Shown: positions 24,909-34,690 of the stretch, one piece after another
Layout: each line of letters opens with the position of its first letter
Numbering within the stretch: the stretch's first letter is position 1
NCBI GenBank assembly: GCA_040386275.1
Contig: JAZKFU010000009.1
Location: 22,367 to 86,366 of the forward strand
Origin: Patescibacteria group bacterium
Lineage (GTDB): Bacteria; Patescibacteriota; Minisyncoccia; Phycocordibacterales; UBA918
Reading direction: 5' to 3'
DNA length: 64,000 nt
Made by a program: the position numbers and the translations under genes
Notes under the pieces: model-generated
What the model was told of the DNA's origin: nothing
The model's input: the letters and a program-made list of their open reading frames with translations, nothing else
The model's database searches: none

Positions 24909-25113
24909 TTTTAAAACGAACTTCCACCCCACAACGAGTCGTGAGAAGTGACATTGAGTCACTTCTCACCTTGAACTTCATCTCGTTTAATGAATTCTAG
25001 GTCCTGTGTGATTAATGACGCCTAGGACTGTATCTATTTTTGACTCACACTGAGTTTCTGGGCAATTCTTGGAGTTTTAAATTGCTTTTATATTGGATGA
25101 TTCGGCTATGAAT

Positions 25114-25153
25114 AAAAGCCCAAAACCAGACCCAGGGCTAGTTTTGGGCTTTT
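25114..25153. terminator. bidirectional intrinsic terminator
   Basis: aaaagcccaaaac...gttttgggctttt. Confidence 0.7.
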
Positions 25154-25184
25154 ATCAAACCTTAGATTGAGATGGTAATAGGAC

Positions 25185-25212
25185 TTGGCAATTTTAAAAA
25201 ACATGCTATAAT
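25185..25212 (+). promoter_or_regulatory. sigma70-type promoter (TTGGCA, 16-nt spacer, extended TGc TATAAT) driving a roughly 185-nt structured leader
   Basis: The leader contains the hairpin gtgagggg...cctctcac and the terminator-like hairpin gcgtccag...ttggacgc followed by T9 at 25334-25380, immediately before the membrane-protein ORF. Confidence 0.5.
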
Positions 25213-25399
25213 ATAACCAAGTGAGGGGTTAGAACTCTTCCTCTCACGCGCTCTGCTCCTTGTTGTTCCCCAAGTGCCGAGCTACACTGTCCCTCGTTAA
25301 AAAAGTTCAAACTTGTGGCTAATCTATCCCACGGCGTCCAGCTTTGTAATTCGGCAGAGTTGGACGCTTTTTTTATTTTTCATACGTTATACTTACTGT

Positions 25400-26476
25400 A
25401 TGACCTTTCGGGAAATGTTTCAGCAGGTAAAACATCACTGGCTTACCGTGGCTTTTATTTTAGGATTCATCACTGATTACCTATTGCTTAATCGGATTGA
25501 TGATACGTTTGATAATGCACTCCTGTTTTTTTATGTGGTGTTAGCTTCGATTTCGATTGTATTATTGTACGGAAGTATTGCTCAAAAATTTGGCGAACGA
25601 CCCTCGGCCTTTTTTCGAAAAGTAGCTCCGATGTTAATGCAGTATTCGTTCGGAGGATTATTTTCGGGGATGCTCATTTTTTATAGTCGCAGTGGAGCGC
25701 TCTGGGCATCGTGGCCGTTTTTACTTTTATTTATTGCCGCTATTTATGGGAACGAGACGATGCGTAATCGCGGACAGCAACTGGTGTTTAACATCTTGTC
25801 TTATTTTGTGGGTTTGTTCTCGTACCTCGTGATGGTGGTGCCGGTGTTTCTCGGACGGATGGGTCCAGAAATATTTGTCGCCAGTGGATTGCTCGCACTC
25901 GTTATTGTGTATGCACTAGTGCAGCTTCTGACAAAAATTATTCCGAATTATATGTCGATGCAAACCAAGCCCATTGTCTATATGGTGTTTGGATTATTCG
26001 TGGGGTTAAATACGTTGTACTTTACGAATGTGATTCCACCGATTCCGCTCTCACTACAAGAAATACATATCGTGCACGAAGTTACGCGATTAAACGATTC
26101 AACCTACGAGCTTACCTATGAGCCTGTGGAATGGTATCGCTATGATAAAAAAATGAGTATGGTATTTCATCCATCCGAATCAGGCACTGTCGCTTGTTTT
26201 ACCAGGGTGTTTGCACCAGCAAAAATTGATACCGAGGTTTTCCATGTCTGGGAGTATCGAGATGCTGAAGGAAACTGGGTAGAGCATTATCGAAAATCAT
26301 ATGCCGTAACGGGGAAGGCAGTAAACGGCTACCGAGGTTGGACAGCACTTTCCTCAGCGCGCAATGGTGTATGGCGATGTAGTGTCGAGACTGCGCGCGG
26401 ACAAGTATTGGGTCAAAAAGAATTTACCATTGATACTTCAATACCGCCGAGTACCTTAGAAAAAAAAGTTGATTAA
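25400..26476 (+). CDS. polytopic membrane protein with a C-terminal soluble domain, function unknown
   Basis: Start set at MTFREMFQQ after the leader terminator; the ORF-track start at 25313 would run through the hairpin and T-run. Confidence 0.5.
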   Translation: MTFREMFQQVKHHWLTVAFILGFITDYLLLNRIDDTFDNALLFFYVVLASISIVLLYGSIAQKFGERPSAFFRKVAPMLMQYSFGGLFSGMLIFYSRSGALWASWPFLLLFIAAIYGNETMRNRGQQLVFNILSYFVGLFSYLVMVVPVFLGRMGPEIFVASGLLALVIVYALVQLLTKIIPNYMSMQTKPIVYMVFGLFVGLNTLYFTNVIPPIPLSLQEIHIVHEVTRLNDSTYELTYEPVEWYRYDKKMSMVFHPSESGTVACFTRVFAPAKIDTEVFHVWEYRDAEGNWVEHYRKSYAVTGKAVNGYRGWTALSSARNGVWRCSVETARGQVLGQKEFTIDTSIPPSTLEKKVD

Positions 26477-26505
26477 TTAGAATTTTTGCTATAGTCTCAA
26501 TATCT

Positions 26506-28191
26506 ATGGACTCTGTCATCCGAACCGCCGTTGCTGAAGCGTTAGAAACTCTCGGTTTACCTGAGGCAGATTTTTCTATTGAACACCCACATGAATTTAA
26601 TCATGGGGATTTTGCTTGTAACGTAGCTATGGTTGTCAGTAAAGAAGTGGGGCAGGCGCCACGAGTAATCGCCGAACAAATCGTTACGGAACTGTTTAAT
26701 CAAATTGAATATATAGATCGTATTGAAATTGCGGGTCCTGGATTTATAAATTTCTTTTTAAGTCGAGATTTTTTTGTTGCCGAAACCAACCGCATTATTA
26801 GTGCGGGAGAGAGTTGGGGACGAAACGATTCATGGGAAGGTAAAAAAGTAATTGTTGAATATACAGACGCTAACCCGTTTAAAGAATTTCATATCGGACA
26901 CTTATTTACCAACGCGGTCGGGGAAAGTATTGCGCGTTTATTTATGATGGCCGGAGCAGATGTTAAGCGTGTATGTTACCAGGGTGATGTTGGGTTACAC
27001 GTTGCGCATGCCATCTGGGGGATGCAAAAAAGCGGACTCACTGCTACCAGTGCTTTTACTGCCAAAGATCTAGGCAAAGCCTATGCAGTTGGAGCTACCG
27101 CCTACAAAAATGACGAGACCGCTAAAGCAGAAATTATTGCCTTAAATAAAATAATCTACGAACGTAGTGATGATTCCGTCACGGCACTGTATGATGCGGG
27201 ACGCACGGTGTCACTTGAGTACTTTGAATCAATATACAAACTAGTAGACACACAATTCTCAGAATACTTTTTTGAAAGCGAAGCAGCGGGTGAAGGGAAG
27301 TCGATTGTCTTAGCTCACCCAGAAGTATTTCCTCAAAGTGATGGGGCGTATATATTTGAAGGTGAAAAATACGGATTGCACACTCGCGTGTTTTTGAATA
27401 ATCAGGGACTGCCTACCTATGAAGCCAAAGAGCTAGCGCTGGCAAAACTAAAGGAAGAACGTCTCGGTGCGTATGACCACTCAGTGATCTCAACCGCGAA
27501 AGAAATTAATGAATACTTTAAAGTGCTCAAAACCGCTATGGGATTTGTGTATCCTGAGTTGGCCGCCAAAACCGAACACATCGGTCACGGGATGGTGCGG
27601 TTGGCTACCGGTAAAATGTCGTCACGTACGGGAGATGTTATTTCGGCGCTTGATTTTATTGAGGATGTCGCGCACTCCGCTAAAGAAAAAATGGTCGCCT
27701 CGGGCGTGGTAACTCCAAGTAGTGACTTGGCGCACGATATTGCTATGGCCGCGATTAAGTACGCTACGTTGCGGGGCAATATTTTACAGGATTCAATTTT
27801 TGATAAAGAGCGAGCGCTCAGTTTTGAAGGGGATTCGGGCCCGTACTTACAGTACACACACGCTCGAATTTGCAGTGTCCTTGATCGGGCCCGTTTGGCG
27901 GGAATTGAGCCGTCACGTAAACAGGTGCCCGATGAGACCTACCTGGTAGAAAAAACTTTGTACCGGTTTGAGGAAATAGTCATGCAAGCGCTTGATGAGC
28001 GAGCACCGCATAAAGTAGTGGGGTATTTAACTGAACTAGCAGCTGCCTTTAACACGTTTTACGCCCACGAAAAAATCGCTGATCCGAGTGATACCTACGC
28101 CGCCTATAAATGTCAGGTGGCCCAAGCTGTGGCGATTACCCTCAAAAACGGACTTTTTGTTTTGGCGATTAAAGCTCCTAATCGTTTGTAA
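26506..28191 (+). CDS. argS: arginyl-tRNA synthetase
   Basis: Class I HIGH (FHIGHL), the KMSSRTG variant of KMSKS, and a C-terminal DALR-like anticodon-binding domain. Confidence 0.9.
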   Translation: MDSVIRTAVAEALETLGLPEADFSIEHPHEFNHGDFACNVAMVVSKEVGQAPRVIAEQIVTELFNQIEYIDRIEIAGPGFINFFLSRDFFVAETNRIISAGESWGRNDSWEGKKVIVEYTDANPFKEFHIGHLFTNAVGESIARLFMMAGADVKRVCYQGDVGLHVAHAIWGMQKSGLTATSAFTAKDLGKAYAVGATAYKNDETAKAEIIALNKIIYERSDDSVTALYDAGRTVSLEYFESIYKLVDTQFSEYFFESEAAGEGKSIVLAHPEVFPQSDGAYIFEGEKYGLHTRVFLNNQGLPTYEAKELALAKLKEERLGAYDHSVISTAKEINEYFKVLKTAMGFVYPELAAKTEHIGHGMVRLATGKMSSRTGDVISALDFIEDVAHSAKEKMVASGVVTPSSDLAHDIAMAAIKYATLRGNILQDSIFDKERALSFEGDSGPYLQYTHARICSVLDRARLAGIEPSRKQVPDETYLVEKTLYRFEEIVMQALDERAPHKVVGYLTELAAAFNTFYAHEKIADPSDTYAAYKCQVAQAVAITLKNGLFVLAIKAPNRL

Positions 28192-28295
28192 CGAGATACC
28201 TAGGCAAGCTCCAATTTCGTGATACTATAAAAATGCTGGTCTGATACATCAGTTTTATTAGTATGTCTGATACACATACGTAACCTAGTATTTAT

Positions 28296-31200
28296 ATGAA
28301 TAAACAACATGGTCGGGAAAATGACTCAGTGGCCGTTGTGCCTGAGACCGAAAAAAGTGACGTAGCAACTCGTGAAGAATTGATGCAAGCATTTTGGCTT
28401 GAGCACGATATTTTTAATAAAAGTCTGGCTACTCCAGCTGGGGATACGCCCAAAGGTAGCTACACCTTTTATGACGGTCCACCGTTTGCGACGGGCACTC
28501 CTCACTACGGGCATATTTTAGCCAGTACCATCAAAGATGCGGTGCCCCGATTTTGGACCATGAACGGTATGCGGGTAGACCGAAAGTGGGGCTGGGATTG
28601 TCATGGACTACCACTAGAGAATTTAATTGAAAAGAAACTCGGACTGGCTACTAAACGGGATATTGAAGAGTACGGCGTAAAGAATTTTAACGAAGCTGCT
28701 CGTGGTGCGGTGATGGAATATGCTGACTACTGGAAAATGGCCATTCCCCGCATGGGACGATGGGCCGACATGGAGGACGATTACAAAACCATGGACAATA
28801 CCTACACCGAAAGTGTGTGGTGGGTTTTTTCTGAATTACATAAAAAAGGATTAGTGTTTGAAGGCTTTAAAACTATGCATCTCTGTCCACGCTGTGGGAC
28901 TACGTTGAGTAATTTTGAAGTGAATCAAGGCTATAAAGATATTAAAGATATTGCCGTTACGGTTAAGTTACCGTTACTTGATGATGCTGGTAACGTTACC
29001 GATACCTCACTGTTGGTCTGGACCACGACTCCGTGGACGTTGCCGGGGAATATGGCTGCTGCTGTTCACAATGATATTCAGTATGCAAAAGTAAAAGTAA
29101 CCACAGAAACCGGAGCTGAGTTTTTTATTCTCGCTAAAGAGCGCTTGTCACAATTAGGAGATGTATCCTATATGATAGAGGAAGAACTGAAAGGATCGAC
29201 ACTGGTCGGACGTTCCTACCAGTCACCATTTACTTTTTGGCAAAACCAAGATTTTGACAAAACCAATGCCTGGAAAATTTGGCACGCGGACTATGTCGAA
29301 GTCGGGACTGAAGGCACCGGGGCAGTGCATATCGCGCCAGCGTATGGAGATGATGATATGCAGTTAGCCAAAGCCAACAACGTGCCAATCATGCACCACG
29401 TTGATACGGCCGGGCACTTTATGCCGTTGGTGACAGAATTCGCGGGACGGTTGGTAAAACCAAAAGATGACGATGCTTCGGGGATTGATCACAAAGATAC
29501 TGATATTGAAATATTAAAGTCTTTGCAAACCGCAGGCAAAATTTTCAAAAAAGAAAACATCACTCACAGCTATCCGCACTGTTGGCGCTGTGATACACCG
29601 TTACTTAACTACGCGACCACCTCGTGGTTTGTGAATGTGCCGGCAATTAAAGATGCGCTTGTAGCAAATAACGCTCAAGTACACTGGGTGCCAGAGCATG
29701 TGGGCACTAATCGCTTTGGAAAATGGCTTGAAGGAGCGAGAGATTGGGCTGTCTCGCGACAGCGGTATTGGGGAGCACCCTTGCCAATTTGGAAAAATCC
29801 TAAAACCGGTGAGTACAAAGTTTTTGGTTCGCTCGCCGAGTTGCAACAGTATATTCCGCAAACCAATAACACCTTCTTTGTGATGCGTCATGCGCAAGCG
29901 CACAGTAATCTGGGCGATGCCGTAATTGATGCGATTCCGGATGAAGAAAATCCGTTAACTGATACCGGTCGCGAGCAATGTAAAGTAGCCGCCGAGCAAT
30001 TGAAAGACGCGGGCATTACTCGCATTGTGCACTCAGGGATGCAGCGCACGCGCGAGACGGCGCTCGCTGTGGCGGCTGAGCTTGGGTTACCAGAATCAGC
30101 GGTGACGGTAGATACTCGCATTACCGAATTACAAACTGGTAACGCCTTTGAAGGGAAAACCTGGGCAGAGTACAACGCCAACTACGCGAGTGAAGAAGAA
30201 AAGTTCACCAAAGTAATTCCCGGGGTAGAAAACCGCTACGACCTTATTAAACGGGCGGGAGCATTCTTGTATGACTTTAATGCGAGTCATCAAAATGAAA
30301 CTGTCTTAGTAGTGGCGCACGCCAGTTCAACGTTTGCGTTACGGTGCGTCGCTGAAGGCGCCGATCATACCCGTGTCATTGAACTTAAAAAGGAAGGGTA
30401 CTTTGGTAATGCTGAAGTCCGTCCGTTACCGTTTACTCCGGTACCGCATAATGATAATTACGCACTTGATTACCACCGGCCGTACATTGATGAGATTGAG
30501 CTTATTGATACTGACGGTACTAAGCTTGTGCGCGTGCCCGATGTATTTGACTGTTGGTTTGAAAGTGGTTCAATGCCGTATGCGCAACATCATTTCCTCG
30601 GGGAAGGACGAGCAGACTTTGAGGGAACAAAATTCCCGGCGCAGTTTATTGCTGAAGGTCTTGATCAGACGCGCGGGTGGTTCTATTCACTGATTGTGTT
30701 AGGCACAGCCTTATTTGGAAAATCACCGTTTGAGAATGTAATAGTAAACGGGTTAGTGCTCGCGGAAGATGGAAAAAAGATGTCTAAATCTCTCAAGAAC
30801 TATCCTGACCCAATGGAGTTAGTTGATCGTGTAGGAGCGGATGCTATTCGATACTACATGCTCACCTCACCATTGATGAAAGGGGAAGATCTAAACTTTT
30901 CGGAAAAAGAAGCACTTGAGTTACAACGAAAAAATATCGGCCGGTTGCATAACGTGCTTGCTATGTACGAGATGTTTGCCGACGGCACTAAAGCCAATGC
31001 AAGTTCCGACAACATACTTGATCGTTGGATTATTACCCGACTTAATCAAATCATTTCTGAAGCCACTGCCGGATACAAAACCTACGAACTAGATAAAGCC
31101 AACCGACCAATTGCTGATTTTATTGATGATGTATCGGTCTGGTATCTTCGCAGAAGTCGAGAACGCTTAAAGGCCGATGATGAAGCTGACAAAGCTTTAC

Positions 31201-31847
31201 CCATTGGAACACTCCGCTATATCTTGCGCGAACTTGCAAAAGTCATGGCTCCCGCTATGCCATTTTATGCTGAGTATTTATATCGTGCAGTAAAAGATGA
31301 GGGAGAAGCAGAAAGTGTACACCTAACTGCTTGGCCACAAGGTGGAGAAGTAAGTACTGATCTTATCGAGAAAATGAAAGAGGTACGTATGTTTGTGACG
31401 GCTGGTCTTGAAGCTCGCACCAAAGCCAATATCAAAGTTCGCCAACCATTGTCAGAATTATTTATTCGCACAACGATGCTTCCGGATACTGAGCTACTCG
31501 ATTTAATTAAAGATGAGCTCAATGTAAAGGAGGTGAGTCTCGACGGAGTTGGGGAAGACAACAGTCCCCGCATTAAACTCATGACTGACCTCAGTCCCGA
31601 GTTGCTCGCCGAAGGAGCCGTCCGGGAAGTTATGCGGGCTGTTCAAGATATGCGTAAAGATGCCGGCCTAGAACCAAGTGACCGTATCACGCTCACGATT
31701 GATACCGACGAAAAAGGCCAGCAAGCTATTGCTGTACATCAAGACATGCTCCTCAAAACCGTCGGAGCAACAGATGTTGTATTTGAAGTAACTTTTGGAA
31801 CGAGTGTCACGAGTGGTAACTATAGTTTTATTTGTTCAATTTCGTAA
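28296..31847 (+). CDS. ileS: isoleucyl-tRNA synthetase, eukaryote-like type 2, carrying an inserted histidine-phosphatase (PGM-like) domain
   Basis: YDGPPFATGTPHYGHIL (type-2 HIGH), WTTTPWTLPGN, RDWAVSRQRYWGAPLPIW and KMSKSLKN; residues 526-712 (nt 29871-30431) carry VMRHAQAHSN, SGMQRTRETA, ELQTGNAFEGKTW and LVVAHASS, the histidine phosphatase superfamily motifs. Confidence 0.9.
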   Translation: MNKQHGRENDSVAVVPETEKSDVATREELMQAFWLEHDIFNKSLATPAGDTPKGSYTFYDGPPFATGTPHYGHILASTIKDAVPRFWTMNGMRVDRKWGWDCHGLPLENLIEKKLGLATKRDIEEYGVKNFNEAARGAVMEYADYWKMAIPRMGRWADMEDDYKTMDNTYTESVWWVFSELHKKGLVFEGFKTMHLCPRCGTTLSNFEVNQGYKDIKDIAVTVKLPLLDDAGNVTDTSLLVWTTTPWTLPGNMAAAVHNDIQYAKVKVTTETGAEFFILAKERLSQLGDVSYMIEEELKGSTLVGRSYQSPFTFWQNQDFDKTNAWKIWHADYVEVGTEGTGAVHIAPAYGDDDMQLAKANNVPIMHHVDTAGHFMPLVTEFAGRLVKPKDDDASGIDHKDTDIEILKSLQTAGKIFKKENITHSYPHCWRCDTPLLNYATTSWFVNVPAIKDALVANNAQVHWVPEHVGTNRFGKWLEGARDWAVSRQRYWGAPLPIWKNPKTGEYKVFGSLAELQQYIPQTNNTFFVMRHAQAHSNLGDAVIDAIPDEENPLTDTGREQCKVAAEQLKDAGITRIVHSGMQRTRETALAVAAELGLPESAVTVDTRITELQTGNAFEGKTWAEYNANYASEEEKFTKVIPGVENRYDLIKRAGAFLYDFNASHQNETVLVVAHASSTFALRCVAEGADHTRVIELKKEGYFGNAEVRPLPFTPVPHNDNYALDYHRPYIDEIELIDTDGTKLVRVPDVFDCWFESGSMPYAQHHFLGEGRADFEGTKFPAQFIAEGLDQTRGWFYSLIVLGTALFGKSPFENVIVNGLVLAEDGKKMSKSLKNYPDPMELVDRVGADAIRYYMLTSPLMKGEDLNFSEKEALELQRKNIGRLHNVLAMYEMFADGTKANASSDNILDRWIITRLNQIISEATAGYKTYELDKANRPIADFIDDVSVWYLRRSRERLKADDEADKALPIGTLRYILRELAKVMAPAMPFYAEYLYRAVKDEGEAESVHLTAWPQGGEVSTDLIEKMKEVRMFVTAGLEARTKANIKVRQPLSELFIRTTMLPDTELLDLIKDELNVKEVSLDGVGEDNSPRIKLMTDLSPELLAEGAVREVMRAVQDMRKDAGLEPSDRITLTIDTDEKGQQAIAVHQDMLLKTVGATDVVFEVTFGTSVTSGNYSFICSIS

Positions 31848-32085
31848 TAATGTTTGCTTTCTATCCATCTAAGTAATTAATTAGTGTGATAAAAATAGAT
31901 GAAATACAAGGCGTCCAAGAAAAAAGTTTCGAGCCATATCGCGTATATGGTGAGGAATTTTTTGCGCAGTTGGTCCAGCGATTTTCCCAAGGGAAGAAAA
32001 AATCGGGACAGAAATTCAGAATTGTCGCTACGCTCTGTTCTTTATTCCACACAGTAGGTCGCTTGTTTTAGGAAACGTACCCAGC

Positions 32086-32670
32086 ATGTCATACAACACA
32101 TACATTACTGAGGCGCTCATCTGCGGCAGCTTCGATTCCAACACTGCTGATAAATCGTACCTCCTGTTTACCAAATCGGCGGGGATGATTTATGCGTCGG
32201 CGCGCAGTGTGCGCGAAGAGCGAAGTCGTCAACGGTTTGCCTTGCAAGATTTTGGAATAGTGACCGTGTCACTTATTAAAGGGAAGACGGGGTGGCGAAT
32301 TGGGAGTGTGCAATCGGAAGGAAACTTGTTTGCAAGCGCACCTAATCGGTTGGTGCGGGGAAGTGTGGTGCGAATGTTTAAATTTCTGCGACGTTTTGCC
32401 GGTGCCGAAGAACCAGAGCCTATTATCTATGACGAATTTTGTCTTGGGCTGTCGTATCTCACAAAACCTGAAGTAGAAAATCGAACCCTGATTGAGGAGG
32501 TGTTACAAGCCCGGATGTTGTATCATTTGGGGTATATTGCCGATACCGAAGATAGTAATTTTATCTTTGAACAACCACTTCTAGTGGTAATTACGTCTGA
32601 GTTGTTGCCTCCATTGCTTCCACGATTAAAAACAATCACCGGCAATGCAACTTCGGCCAGTCATTTATAA
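32086..32670 (+). CDS. recO: RecO-like DNA repair protein (short form)
   Basis: N-terminal OB-fold pattern ..LLFTKSAGMIYASARSVREERSRQRFALQDFG resembles the RecO N-terminus; the call is weak. Confidence 0.4.
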   Translation: MSYNTYITEALICGSFDSNTADKSYLLFTKSAGMIYASARSVREERSRQRFALQDFGIVTVSLIKGKTGWRIGSVQSEGNLFASAPNRLVRGSVVRMFKFLRRFAGAEEPEPIIYDEFCLGLSYLTKPEVENRTLIEEVLQARMLYHLGYIADTEDSNFIFEQPLLVVITSELLPPLLPRLKTITGNATSASHL

Positions 32671-32687
32671 AGATAAGTGATATACTG

Positions 32688-34661
32688 GTGGATATTAGTA
32701 TTATGTCACCGCTTAAAGATCAAGCTCAAATTGATGAAATTCGACGTCGTTTATACGAACGTGGAGCGCAACCGGGGGTCACACCCAGGCATAATTTATC
32801 AAAGGTAGCTGAAACTCCCCAAACGCGGTGGCCGGGACAAAAACCGTTACCGCAACCCGAAATCTATCCTGCTGATCAACGCGGAGAAGTACTTGATGAA
32901 CCAACTGTTGACGTCCATGAAGTTAAGGTGCCCAAAAAGCGATTTAGATTTACCTTCCGAACGATAATGCTAATCTTGGCGCTCGGTACTTTTTTAGCGG
33001 CGATTTTATTTTCAAGTTTCTACATGCTGTTTGGAAACAATCAAATTTCCAACAAAAATATTAGTATCAACATTAATGCTCCCTTAACTATTGGTGGAGG
33101 GGAAGTAATGGATATTCAGATATCGGTCACCAACCAAAATAAAGTCCCCATTGAATCTGCAGTGCTGATTGTGAATTATCCAGCCGGATCCAAATCAACG
33201 GATTTGCCCGCAAAAGATCTCTATGAAGAGCGCATTACCCTCAACCGGATAGAGGCTGGTGAAGCAATTAATATTCCTCTCAAGGCCGTCATGTTTGGCG
33301 AAGAAAACCAAGAGCGGCAAATTAAAGCCACCATTGAATATCGTTTGGTTGATTCAAACGGAACTTTCTACAAAGAGAGTGATCCGTTAACTTTTAAAAT
33401 CAGTTCTTCGCCGGTAGTGATTCGCGTTGAATCAATTAAAAAAGTATCAGCGGGACAGGATATTGAAGTAAAATTGACCATTCAATCAAACGCGTCGACG
33501 CCATTAAAAGACGTACTTGTCACCGCCAATTATCCAACCAATTTTGATTTTAGCAGTGCAGAACCGACTCCTGTTTTTCGAGAGAGCGCTTGGTTGATTA
33601 AAGAATTACTCCCCGAAACCTCCACTACCATTGTGATTAAAGGGGGAATTCTTGGTAAGCAAACGGAAGAATTTCAAATTCAGTTCTCAGCCGGAACCGC
33701 CCAGCAAGATAATCAATTTATGATTGGATCGGTTCTAGCAAATGCCATCGCTGACTTTGTGATTGAACAACCGTTTATTGATGTGGGGATTGGCGTTAAT
33801 AATTTAACGACTGAAGTAGTGACACTGCCAACCGGCCAAGACACGCAGGTTGAAGTATCAGTTCAAAACACGTTGGATCAGACCCTCTACGATATGGCAG
33901 TTGAAGTGGCGGTTAAAGGAAATATTTTGGTACGGGAAAATGTGCAGGTAAACAAAGGGTTCTATGACTCGGTGAAAGATGTGATACGTTTTGACCCCTC
34001 AGGAGATAAAACGTTAGGGGCGGTCGCTCCAGGAGCCACAAAAAAATTCATCTTCACTCTAAGGCCCGGTGATCAAAAATCAACCCCATCATACACCCTG
34101 ACTGCAAATGCGTACGCTCGGCGTGTAAACGAAACGAGTGCCACTGAACAATTAGTGGGTACCGCCAAAACAGAAGTTAAATTTACTTCCTCGGTAGCGA
34201 TAACCCGAACCATTGGCCGTAGAGTGCCTGGGTTTACTGATGTGGGACCAATTCCACCCGCACCTGATATCAAAACTTCGTACACCGTTACGTTAACGAC
34301 CAGTGCCGGAGGGAATGATGTGACCGGTGGAGTGCTTACTACTTCTTTGCCCCAGTACGTCAGTTGGGAGAACCTCAGTAGTGGTGATGGCACGCTGGCC
34401 TTTAACCCGATATCAAAAGAACTAACCTGGACGGTAGGGGAAATTAAAGCCGGAGCCAAGAAAACCACCACTTTCCAAATCGCCCTCTTGCCAAGTCAGA
34501 ACCAAATTGGTACAACTCCTGCAGTACTTGGTACGCAACGATTTAGAGCGACTGACCGATTTACCAACCAAGTAATACGTGCCGAAGGTCCGCCTGCTAG
34601 TTCAGAATTAGGTATTGAATCTGGTTTTGAGCAAAATAACGGTGAGGTGACTCGACCCTAA
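32688..34661 (+). CDS. membrane-anchored surface protein with repeated beta-sandwich (DUF11/CARDB-like) segments
   Basis: TM helix near residue 95 and a long Thr/Val-rich extracellular region. Confidence 0.5.
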   Translation: MDISIMSPLKDQAQIDEIRRRLYERGAQPGVTPRHNLSKVAETPQTRWPGQKPLPQPEIYPADQRGEVLDEPTVDVHEVKVPKKRFRFTFRTIMLILALGTFLAAILFSSFYMLFGNNQISNKNISININAPLTIGGGEVMDIQISVTNQNKVPIESAVLIVNYPAGSKSTDLPAKDLYEERITLNRIEAGEAINIPLKAVMFGEENQERQIKATIEYRLVDSNGTFYKESDPLTFKISSSPVVIRVESIKKVSAGQDIEVKLTIQSNASTPLKDVLVTANYPTNFDFSSAEPTPVFRESAWLIKELLPETSTTIVIKGGILGKQTEEFQIQFSAGTAQQDNQFMIGSVLANAIADFVIEQPFIDVGIGVNNLTTEVVTLPTGQDTQVEVSVQNTLDQTLYDMAVEVAVKGNILVRENVQVNKGFYDSVKDVIRFDPSGDKTLGAVAPGATKKFIFTLRPGDQKSTPSYTLTANAYARRVNETSATEQLVGTAKTEVKFTSSVAITRTIGRRVPGFTDVGPIPPAPDIKTSYTVTLTTSAGGNDVTGGVLTTSLPQYVSWENLSSGDGTLAFNPISKELTWTVGEIKAGAKKTTTFQIALLPSQNQIGTTPAVLGTQRFRATDRFTNQVIRAEGPPASSELGIESGFEQNNGEVTRP

Positions 34662-34690
34662 TACTTAACTTACAAACATTAAATTACGTT

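Noticed and set aside
25313-25399. N-terminal extension of the 25400 gene as given in the ORF track
   Set aside because: It would run through a terminator hairpin plus T9 and starts inside the predicted leader. An internal Met after the leader is preferred.
31886-32071. 61-aa ORF between ileS and the recO-like gene
   Set aside because: No RBS, and the lysine-rich low-complexity tail is probably non-coding spacer. Not reported as a feature.
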